This document shows positions 56,795 through 64,000 of a stretch of 64,000 nucleotides of DNA, in pieces. Origin of the DNA: an uncultured virus (IMG/VR IMGVR_UViG_3300027780_000008) (lineage: Duplodnaviria > Heunggongvirae > Uroviricota > Caudoviricetes); the IMG/VR virus record IMGVR_UViG_3300027780_000008; one strand, 5' to 3'. The stretch's first letter is position 1; each line of letters opens with the position of its first letter. The translations under genes were made by a program, and so were the position numbers. The notes beneath the pieces were generated by a model. The model made no database searches, was not told where the DNA came from, and saw only the letters and a list, made by a program, of their open reading frames with translations.

Positions 56795-57537
56795 ATAATA
56801 TTTATTTGAGACACTAACCAGTCTAATTCAACCTGGCTTTCAGAATCAGAAATTGCATTACTAGGATCAGGGTGAGTTTCAATAAATACACCATCATATT
56901 CAAATATCTTAGCTGCTTGTGCATATTGTTTTGCTAATTTGCGACTGCCTCTAGTTATACCTTCTCCAGCCATTTGAGTTGAGTGAGTACAATCTAAAAT
57001 AACCTTATCTGCAAATTCTTTCATTACATCAACTCCTCTAAAGTCTACAATTAATCTGTCATAGCCAAAATTAGAACCCCTTTCAGTTATCCACACTTCA
57101 CAATTAGGATCAACTTCTTTAATTTTTGCAACTGCGTGTTTCATTGCATCTGCAGATAACCATTGTCCTTTCTTAATATTAATTATATTAAAGTTTTTTG
57201 CACATGCAACTAAAAGATCAGTTTGTCTACATAAGAATGCTGGTATTTGAATAACATCTACTACATCCGAAAGTGGTAATGCTTGGTTAGGTTCGTGTAT
57301 ATCAGTTACAATTTTAATATTAGGATAAGCTTCTTTGATACTTTGCATAATCCTAATACCTTCATCTAAACCAGGACCTCTATCAGAATGTATAGAAGTT
57401 CTATTAGCTTTATCAAAAGAACCTTTTAAGTACCAATCTTTACCTCCCATATAACCATTTAATGTTTTGGCTACTTCTAAAAAGTTATCCTCATTTTCAA
57501 TACTACAAGGACCTAGTATATATGTATAGTTTTCCAT
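56791..57537 (-). CDS. kdsA: KDO 8-phosphate synthase (metal-dependent type)
   Basis: GPCSIE, SFDKANRTS, QIPAFLCRQTDLL, NIKKGQ, ERGSNFGY, DCTHSTQ, ETHPDP.NAISD. Confidence 0.92.
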   Translation of the reverse strand: MENYTYILGPCSIENEDNFLEVAKTLNGYMGGKDWYLKGSFDKANRTSIHSDRGPGLDEGIRIMQSIKEAYPNIKIVTDIHEPNQALPLSDVVDVIQIPAFLCRQTDLLVACAKNFNIINIKKGQWLSADAMKHAVAKIKEVDPNCEVWITERGSNFGYDRLIVDFRGVDVMKEFADKVILDCTHSTQMAGEGITRGSRKLAKQYAQAAKIFEYDGVFIETHPDPSNAISDSESQVELDWLVSQINII

Positions 57538-57545
57538 AACTTATT

Positions 57546-59321
57546 TTATCCGTCACAACTAATACAGTCTTCCATTGCCTTTGCAGCAATATCTCCTCTT
57601 AATACAGATTCAGTTCTCATATAATATAAAGTTTTAATACCTTGCTTCCATGCCTCTAAGTGGACTTGGTTAATCCATTTAGGAGTAGCCTCTTTAGGGA
57701 ATGCTAAATTTAAACTTACTGCTTGGTCAACGTACTGTTGTCTTACACCTGCTTGTTTAACTAATTCCAATTGATTTATTTCTTTAAAGGTTTTGAATAC
57801 ATCTTTAAAAGGAACGCCTTCATGGAATTCTGGTACATCTTTACATTTCATTAAGATACCTTTTACAAAACACCATTCATCTAAGAATTTAATTCCTTGA
57901 ACAGAACCACCATCAGCCATTATCTTATCCCATACCTTTTTATTATCATGTCCTATTTTATCAAGATAACCTTCCAATTGTTTATTCTTTCTAATAAAAG
58001 TACCCTTTGCTGATTGATCGGTCCATATATTTGCAGGGACTGGTTCGATACCGGCAGATATTCCACCTGCTAATTTTGAATTAGAAACTGTTGGAGCAAC
58101 TGCTCTTAAGTGAGTATTTCTAAATCCAGTATCTCTACACCATAAAGGTTCTCCGTATGTCTCGGCAAGATCGCGACTAGCCTTTTCACTTTCAATTTTG
58201 ATTTGAGAAAATATATTACGAGTTTCATACTGTGCTTCTAATCCCTCAAAGGCGATTCCTCGCTGCTGTAAATAAGTATGCCATCCTAATACGCCTAAAC
58301 CTAATGCTCTACCTTTTTCTGCTGTCCTTACTGAATTTTCAAAACCTTTTCTATATTTAGCCTTTTGTATAAATTCCTCAAGTACACCATCTAAAAACCA
58401 CGTAGCATCATAAATAAGATTAGTATTTTTCCATTCATCATATCTAGAAAGATTAAGAGAACTTAAACAGCAAACAAAAGAATGATTTTCATCTGTATGT
58501 AAAACAATCTCAGAACAAATATTAGTCATAAATACTTTAAGACCATTTTTCTTATATGCATCAGGATTTTGTTTATTAACATTTCCTCTATACATTATAT
58601 AAGGTTGACCAGTTTGCCTACGCTTTCTTTGTACTGCTGCGTATCTTTTTCTAGACTCAGGATCACCTTCCATTACATTCCTCATAAATTTATCAGAAAT
58701 ACTAACACATTGATTTATATTTAAACATTGTCTATTAACATCGCCTTTAGGTTCTCTTATTTCTAGCCATTCCCAAAAATCGCCATGCTCAATACTCAAG
58801 TTAGTACTTGCTGCCCCTCTTCTTACTGCTCCTTGGTTAGTTGCAAGAATTGTAGAATCATTCATTTTTATAAAAGGTACTACACCATCACTTGTTCCAT
58901 TATCAGTTATATTAGCACCTGCTGGTCTAATTTGATTATGACCAATTCCTACACCACCACCATGCTTTGCTAATAACATTAATTCTAAGTTCTTACCACC
59001 AATATCTTGGATTGAATCTGCTACATCTACACCAAAACATGAAATAGGTAACCCTCTCTCAGATCCTGTATTGGATAAAACAGGCGATGCTAAATTTAAC
59101 CACCCGTTCCAAATGTATTTCATAAACTTGTCTGCCATTTCTGGTTTCTTTAGTCTATTTGCTACAGTTGTTGATACTCTCCAGTATGCATCTTTTGGAG
59201 TTTCACCTGGTAAACAATATCCTCTTGATATTGTATTAAGGTAAACATCAGTATGGCCCCATTCAGGATAATCAATACCACGTTCCCAGTTTAATTCTTT
59301 TTCTATTTGATCTGCTGTCAT
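57546..59321 (-). CDS. nrdA: Ribonucleotide reductase class I alpha subunit
   Basis: ASPVLSN, PISCF, TNICSEI, CCLSSLN, APTVSNS, KTLYY, C-terminal CISCDG. Confidence 0.96.
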   Translation of the reverse strand: MTADQIEKELNWERGIDYPEWGHTDVYLNTISRGYCLPGETPKDAYWRVSTTVANRLKKPEMADKFMKYIWNGWLNLASPVLSNTGSERGLPISCFGVDVADSIQDIGGKNLELMLLAKHGGGVGIGHNQIRPAGANITDNGTSDGVVPFIKMNDSTILATNQGAVRRGAASTNLSIEHGDFWEWLEIREPKGDVNRQCLNINQCVSISDKFMRNVMEGDPESRKRYAAVQRKRRQTGQPYIMYRGNVNKQNPDAYKKNGLKVFMTNICSEIVLHTDENHSFVCCLSSLNLSRYDEWKNTNLIYDATWFLDGVLEEFIQKAKYRKGFENSVRTAEKGRALGLGVLGWHTYLQQRGIAFEGLEAQYETRNIFSQIKIESEKASRDLAETYGEPLWCRDTGFRNTHLRAVAPTVSNSKLAGGISAGIEPVPANIWTDQSAKGTFIRKNKQLEGYLDKIGHDNKKVWDKIMADGGSVQGIKFLDEWCFVKGILMKCKDVPEFHEGVPFKDVFKTFKEINQLELVKQAGVRQQYVDQAVSLNLAFPKEATPKWINQVHLEAWKQGIKTLYYMRTESVLRGDIAAKAMEDCISCDG

Positions 59322-59340
59322 TGTTTTTGTTTTTTAATTA

Positions 59341-60336
59341 TTACCAAATATCATCCCAATCATCACCTTCACCTGCTTTTGCATAATCAGTTGGTCTGAT
59401 TGCAAAAAAGTCAGTATGAGTATGTCCTCCTGTTAAATGATAAAACCAATCTAAAGCATCAGCTGATTTTTCATCATATTCAAATACTGGATCTAATCCT
59501 AGTTCTTGTAATTTTTCGTTTGTTCTTCTGTAAATAAAATTCTTTAAATCATACGCTTTTAAATTCTCAATATCACCCATTTCAAAAATCTTATCAATAT
59601 AATCATGTTCCATGTCTACCATTAACTTTGCAGCTTCATAAATAGATTCTTTAACATCATCTCTTAATTCTTTATCCTCAGAACACATATGATTAAATAA
59701 CCTACAGCCCATTTTAGAATGTAATGATTCATCTCTCACAGACCATTTCATCTGTTGCCCAATTCCTTTTAAAAGATTTCTCATTTGAAAACTATATAGA
59801 ACAGCAAAAGAACTATACAGAGATACACCTTCAGCAAATGCGGAGAATATTGCAAGACTTCTTGCTACTTCTTTTCTTGCATCTTTACTTTTTAATAAAT
59901 CCTTATCAGTATAATCAGCATTTGTTGACATTAAGAAGTCAAATTTACCAGCCATTGAAGGTTCATGTAAAAATGCAGTATAATCTTCAAGACCTAATGT
60001 TTCATTTAAATAACTATAAGCAACTGCATGAATAGTTTCTTGTGAACCAAACATCATTGCCATTTGTCTTATCTCGTGCTTAGGAAACCATTTTGTAACC
60101 ATTCCAGTCCAATAATCAGATACTGCGCATTCAGTTTGAGCAAATCCTAAAAGAATATTTCCTACTAAGTTTTTTTCATGCGGTTTTATATTTTCATTCC
60201 AATCCTTTAAGTCTCCTTGCATTGAAATTTCAGTATGTAACCAAAATGCTTGTGCTTGTGGTAACCAACCATCCAAATAATATTCTGGATATTCAAAAGG
60301 TTTGTATTCAATTCTGTTGGTAAAAAGTTTGCTCAT
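59341..60336 (-). CDS. nrdB: Ribonucleotide reductase class I beta subunit
   Basis: YKPFEYP, QETIHAVAY, AEGVSLYSSF, SVRDESLH, DFFA.R.TDY. Confidence 0.96.
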   Translation of the reverse strand: MSKLFTNRIEYKPFEYPEYYLDGWLPQAQAFWLHTEISMQGDLKDWNENIKPHEKNLVGNILLGFAQTECAVSDYWTGMVTKWFPKHEIRQMAMMFGSQETIHAVAYSYLNETLGLEDYTAFLHEPSMAGKFDFLMSTNADYTDKDLLKSKDARKEVARSLAIFSAFAEGVSLYSSFAVLYSFQMRNLLKGIGQQMKWSVRDESLHSKMGCRLFNHMCSEDKELRDDVKESIYEAAKLMVDMEHDYIDKIFEMGDIENLKAYDLKNFIYRRTNEKLQELGLDPVFEYDEKSADALDWFYHLTGGHTHTDFFAIRPTDYAKAGEGDDWDDIW

Positions 60337-60359
60337 AGTTTTTTATTATTTTAGACTAA

Positions 60360-60392
60360 ACATGCAACTCATAGAGAAATGGTTGCATGCCT
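60360..60392 (-). promoter_or_regulatory. Stem-loop between polymerase N-half and nrdB
   Basis: catgcaac...gttgcatg arms; short U run on the minus strand. Confidence 0.5.
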
Positions 60393-60437
60393 TAAATTAT
60401 TATTGTTTTTTATTTATTCTAGTTAAGACATTAGATT

Positions 60438-61853
60438 TTAAACTTTATCGGTATTTTTTAACTCTTGTTCTAAATCATATGCTTTTTGTTGTAACCTAAA
60501 CGACTCTTTCTTATATTCTTTTCTTTGACTATATAGTCTACTTAATACATCTTTCAGTATTGATCTCTCTGTACTATAAACAGCACCTGTTACAGATACA
60601 ATTCTATCATCACCTATTTCCTTTTCTCTATTCTCTGGTTTTACCTTTTTAATAAAACTTTCTGGTGATACATTTAATTGTCTCATAATTGAAGGATATA
60701 GAGAAGCAAAATCAAAAGCAGCTACAGCATTATGCATTCCCGTTTTTGGTTCTTTTACAAAAGCTCCTTCAAATCCTTCTCTTTTTGCAGGTCTTGCTTT
60801 TGGATCTTTTGCCATTACTAGATCTCTAGTTAAAAATTCTTTAGCTAATAGTGCTTCTGTAATTGCAACTGGTGATGCAGCTTTGAATATACTTATTTCT
60901 GTCATATGAGCAATTGTTAAAGCAATTTCCATTGTCTTAATCTTTTCATGAATTAAATAAACTAAAGCAGTATCTACAACATTATAAAATATGTACTTAG
61001 GATAATCTTTTTCAAACATATCTTGTATAGTACCTTCATATTTAATTTTACGAATTCCTACAACTGCCTCACCTACAGTATCTAATTTTAAATCTTCTTT
61101 AATATCAACCGTCCTATCCCATTTTGCATAAATATCTAAATAATCCATTACACCTACATGGCATGGAAATTCATGCTTTCCAAAAGTTCTTCCAATAGGT
61201 GATGATATAGAAGGATCAATACCTAATTTTTTACATCTATTAATAATATACTGCCAATCAAATTGAATATAATTCCAACCTGTCATCATTGAGAATTTTT
61301 TAACAAAAGTATCTAAGAAAGTATACAACATGTCATATTCATTATCAAAGCATTTAAAGATAAATGAAAATTCTTCACCTATTGCTTTAAAGTGTTCATC
61401 AATTTGTTTTTGTATTTTTAATTGTATTTTCTTTTCTAAATTTTTAGTAGCTAAAACAATACATTGTTTTTCTGGAGTTACAATACAGATTGCAGTTACT
61501 GGATTTGGTGCTTTACTTGGCTCTGGGAATGAATCAGTTACTTCTACTTCAATATCAACAAAGAATGTTCTTGGAAAGTTATAACCAAATATTAATTCTC
61601 TGTCTGAAAAGGATAATTGTTCCATGTATTCTAGAACTCTATACTTATTCAGCCATCTAGATTTTACCTTTTTAACAGGGCGGCCATCCCAGTTTTTAAT
61701 TTTAGAATCTGCCTTAGTATCGCGATCATCGCATACTTCCCAGTTAAACATATCTTCTGGTTGAAGATCATAAGTTTTAAATCTAGTTTTTCCGTCAAGA
61801 TTAAAATAAGATACCCATAATTGACGATCTTCTTGTGTTATATCTAATAGCAT
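60438..61853 (-). CDS. gp43: Family B DNA polymerase, N-terminal half (3'-5' exonuclease, motif A, first fingers helix)
   Basis: FVDIEV (ExoI), TGWN..QFDW.Y (ExoII), YNVVD (ExoIII), GAFVKEP, FDFASLYPSI..QLNVSPE. Confidence 0.93.
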   Translation of the reverse strand: MLLDITQEDRQLWVSYFNLDGKTRFKTYDLQPEDMFNWEVCDDRDTKADSKIKNWDGRPVKKVKSRWLNKYRVLEYMEQLSFSDRELIFGYNFPRTFFVDIEVEVTDSFPEPSKAPNPVTAICIVTPEKQCIVLATKNLEKKIQLKIQKQIDEHFKAIGEEFSFIFKCFDNEYDMLYTFLDTFVKKFSMMTGWNYIQFDWQYIINRCKKLGIDPSISSPIGRTFGKHEFPCHVGVMDYLDIYAKWDRTVDIKEDLKLDTVGEAVVGIRKIKYEGTIQDMFEKDYPKYIFYNVVDTALVYLIHEKIKTMEIALTIAHMTEISIFKAASPVAITEALLAKEFLTRDLVMAKDPKARPAKREGFEGAFVKEPKTGMHNAVAAFDFASLYPSIMRQLNVSPESFIKKVKPENREKEIGDDRIVSVTGAVYSTERSILKDVLSRLYSQRKEYKKESFRLQQKAYDLEQELKNTDKV

Positions 61854-61877
61854 ATTTTATTTTTTATAGGTATATAA

Positions 61878-62372
61878 TTAATAATTGTTTTCTTGCCTGT
61901 TCCAATTCTCTTCATTCTTTGAAAGATAATAATTATAGAATTCTTTAGGTGTAACCCCAACCGCTAAACCTGCATTAAATACGAAATGCATTACATCAAT
62001 AAATTCCATTTTTAATTCTTTTAAATCACCTGGTGTTAAATCAGAAAGTTTTTGTTTCCTTATCTCAGGATTTTTAGATTTCCAAGGTTTCCATGCAGCA
62101 TTACCAGCACCATCTTCGATACCTCCAACGGCATCTACCATCTCATGTAGTTCATCGATTATTGCATGATTAGTAACCATTAAAAAATCTATAACATCAC
62201 CTATACTGAATTCTGAAAAAGGTTTCTTTCCTTGCTTCTCAAAATACATACTTTGTGTTTTTTGTTGAAGATTATATAAATCCTCTAGAGAATTTTCAGT
62301 AATATCATAAAGTTTTTCTGAGTAATAATCTCTTACCTCGAGATCTTTACATTTGTTATCAGTATTTGCCAT
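61878..62372 (-). CDS. All-alpha dUTPase/dCTPase (T4 gp56-like)
   Basis: DELHE, WKPWK, EFIDVMHF, Y..KNEEN..RQ...Y. Confidence 0.85.
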   Translation of the reverse strand: MANTDNKCKDLEVRDYYSEKLYDITENSLEDLYNLQQKTQSMYFEKQGKKPFSEFSIGDVIDFLMVTNHAIIDELHEMVDAVGGIEDGAGNAAWKPWKSKNPEIRKQKLSDLTPGDLKELKMEFIDVMHFVFNAGLAVGVTPKEFYNYYLSKNEENWNRQENNY

Positions 62373-62416
62373 ATAAATTTTTATTTATTTTTATATAGCT
62401 AAAAAGCTTTTTTGTT

Positions 62417-63256
62417 TTACTTTTTAATTAGGTTGTTTTCAATCATTTTTAAATAACTGTTATACCACTTTGGATCAAACCAAAACCTTCTTCCGTTTTT
62501 ATCCTTGCACCATGCCATAGCTGAATTGTTATAGCATTTTATAAACTTTTCAATTTTTTCTTTATCAGTCTTAAATGGGTTTTCCCAATCTTTTAATTGC
62601 CCACCACCTAATGCATATGCCTTTCTTGGAATCTCAGTACATAGATCTATTAACTCAGGGCAGTTATCAATAACTTCTCTTGCATTAATAAAAGGATTAA
62701 CTTGAGGAAGTCTATATAATATCTCAGCTCTAAGATAATTACCTATACCATTAAAATATTGTTGATTCATTAAAATTTCATGAATAGGGCGATCAAATGC
62801 TCTTTTATCTAAGTGTTTATATATATTGTATTTAAATTCATCAACCTCTGTGGTAGGGTCTGGTCCTCTGTTAGCACTCCATGTTTCACCTGATTTCCAT
62901 TTACCAAATCTTCTAACATCTACAAAAGATAATGTAGTCCCATCCTTTCTGTGAAATTTTAAATGAGCATGCTTTGATTCTTGGCCAGAATTAGTTAATT
63001 CAAAATGACCACTCATTCCCATTGACATCCTAAGAGGTGTAATTGTATCACCTTCTTTAATGTATAAGATTAATTCTTTTCCTCTACTCTCCGCAGATAA
63101 ACTGAAATAACCTTTTGGGCTTTTAGGTGTTATGCAATGAGTTCCTTTATGAGCTGGGTTTTTTTCAATTGTTGTATAATGAATTCCTGGTCCTTCACCG
63201 TGACTACATTTATTAATATAATCTGCTGTTAATCTAAGTTCTGCTAATTCTGGCAT
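62417..63256 (-). CDS. Fpg/Nei DNA glycosylase, NEIL1-like
   Basis: N-terminal MPE, RGKEL, GMSG, FVDVRRFG, H2TH motif FNGIGNYLRAEILY, zincless finger DKNGRRFWF. Confidence 0.92.
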   Translation of the reverse strand: MPELAELRLTADYINKCSHGEGPGIHYTTIEKNPAHKGTHCITPKSPKGYFSLSAESRGKELILYIKEGDTITPLRMSMGMSGHFELTNSGQESKHAHLKFHRKDGTTLSFVDVRRFGKWKSGETWSANRGPDPTTEVDEFKYNIYKHLDKRAFDRPIHEILMNQQYFNGIGNYLRAEILYRLPQVNPFINAREVIDNCPELIDLCTEIPRKAYALGGGQLKDWENPFKTDKEKIEKFIKCYNNSAMAWCKDKNGRRFWFDPKWYNSYLKMIENNLIKK

Positions 63257-63259
63257 ATG

Positions 63260-63772
63260 TTAATTATTAAATCCTTTTATATGGATATTTAGGTTTGTTA
63301 AAAGTTCAGGTGTTCTTATCCCACTACGATTAATACTATCAAGTATTTTTTGCTCAGATTTTAAAATCCATGCTATCTTAAAATTATCTACTAGTATTTT
63401 ATAGATAGGTAATACAAGATCTAGATCATCTAGTCCATAAAGCTTTTTTGCTATTTGAGATATAGGAATAATATGTTCTAAATGAAATATACCATTTTTT
63501 CTACCAATATCTTTTAAACCGCTTTTATTTGTTTGTTCTCTCCATGTAATCCACTTTAGCTTTTCTTCAGGATCATTTATATCTAGTTTAATAGCTTCTT
63601 GTAGAGCGGCGCTCGAGTACATATAAGGGAGTCCTAATTCTTTAGGGGTATTACTATAAAACCTGATAAGTCTTGTTACAGTGTACTTAATCTCTTTGTC
63701 ATCAGGATTATCTTTAAGCCATTTCAATAAAGGTTGTAATGTTTTTGCGTATAAAATTATTTTTTGAATCAT
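63260..63772 (-). CDS. Hypothetical protein with an HNH-like HLEHIIP motif
   Basis: FHLEHIIPI; otherwise unrecognised. Confidence 0.5.
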   Translation of the reverse strand: MIQKIILYAKTLQPLLKWLKDNPDDKEIKYTVTRLIRFYSNTPKELGLPYMYSSAALQEAIKLDINDPEEKLKWITWREQTNKSGLKDIGRKNGIFHLEHIIPISQIAKKLYGLDDLDLVLPIYKILVDNFKIAWILKSEQKILDSINRSGIRTPELLTNLNIHIKGFNN

Positions 63773-63773
63773 A

Positions 63774-63998
63774 TTAACCTTTCATAATTTTAATTGCATT
63801 ACGAATAGTTCCGTTTACTGATTGAACTGTAATTTTTAATTGTTTTGCAATTTCAATAGTTTTCATTTCATTACAACCAATACCAAATTTCATTTTAATA
63901 ATTTCTTGTTGTCTTGGTTTAAGTTTACCCATTAAGTTTTCTATCTTATATTTTAAATGAGATTCTTCATGTATAGTTTCAATCTCAGATTCATAAGT
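63774..63998 (-). CDS. Sigma-70 family factor, region 4 (N-terminus outside the window)
   Basis: Manual translation ...LKPRQQEIIKMKFGIGCNEMKTIEIAKQLKITVQSVNGTIRNAIKIMKG; RpoD/RpoS-type region 4 HTH. Confidence 0.85.
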   Translation of the reverse strand, partial: TYESEIETIHEESHLKYKIENLMGKLKPRQQEIIKMKFGIGCNEMKTIEIAKQLKITVQSVNGTIRNAIKIMKG

Positions 63999-64000
63999 AC

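Noticed and set aside
44568..60437. Intron or split intein joining the polymerase halves
   Set aside because: No Cys/Ser-start or His-Asn-end intein motifs, no visible group I/II intron structure, and the interval is filled with ordinary genes.
61878..62372. gp56-like enzyme as proof of full hmC substitution
   Set aside because: The family includes plain dUTPases, and no dCMP hydroxymethylase is visible in the window; specificity cannot be read from the sequence.
63260..63772. Mobile HNH homing endonuclease
   Set aside because: Only the first His motif is evident; the downstream Asn/His residues and DNA-binding modules were not recognisable.
1..64000. Stop-codon reassignment (alternative genetic code)
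   Set aside because: Conserved genes are full length in the standard code, TAA, TAG and TGA all end genes, and no suppressor tRNA is present.

Overview
This window is a 64-kb, AT-rich core segment of a large T4-like (myovirus) bacteriophage genome. Genes are tightly packed, use the standard code, and all but one lie on the minus strand. It holds head, neck, tail and packaging genes (gp23, gp21+scaffold, gp20, gp16/17, gp14/15/18/19, tape measure) and a T4-type replisome and recombination set (gp41, gp44/62, gp45, gp46/47, UvsX, RNase H, topoisomerase II). It also holds nucleotide metabolism genes (NrdAB, kinases, dUTPase/dCTPase), two sigma factors, two tRNAs and a tmRNA. A Bacteroidota (Flavobacteria-like) host is inferred from A-rich leaders lacking Shine-Dalgarno sequences and from the tRNA, tmRNA and Hc1-like sequences. 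Notable points: (1) a putative DNA hypermodification operon whose C5-methyltransferase-fold enzyme has intact catalytic but altered cofactor motifs, next to a glycosyltransferase and sugar-activation genes; (2) a second sugar module with a PglF/E/D-like pathway, KdsA and glycosyltransferases; (3) a family B DNA polymerase split into two genes about 16 kb apart; (4) a tRNA-Gly with the very rare ACC anticodon; (5) a candidate +1 programmed frameshift just upstream of the tape measure gene; (6) a glycosylase closely resembling animal NEIL1; (7) three promoter motif classes readable from the sequence, two nested in-frame late genes, and shared clamp-binding-like tails. All calls come from motif recognition by eye; no searches were run.
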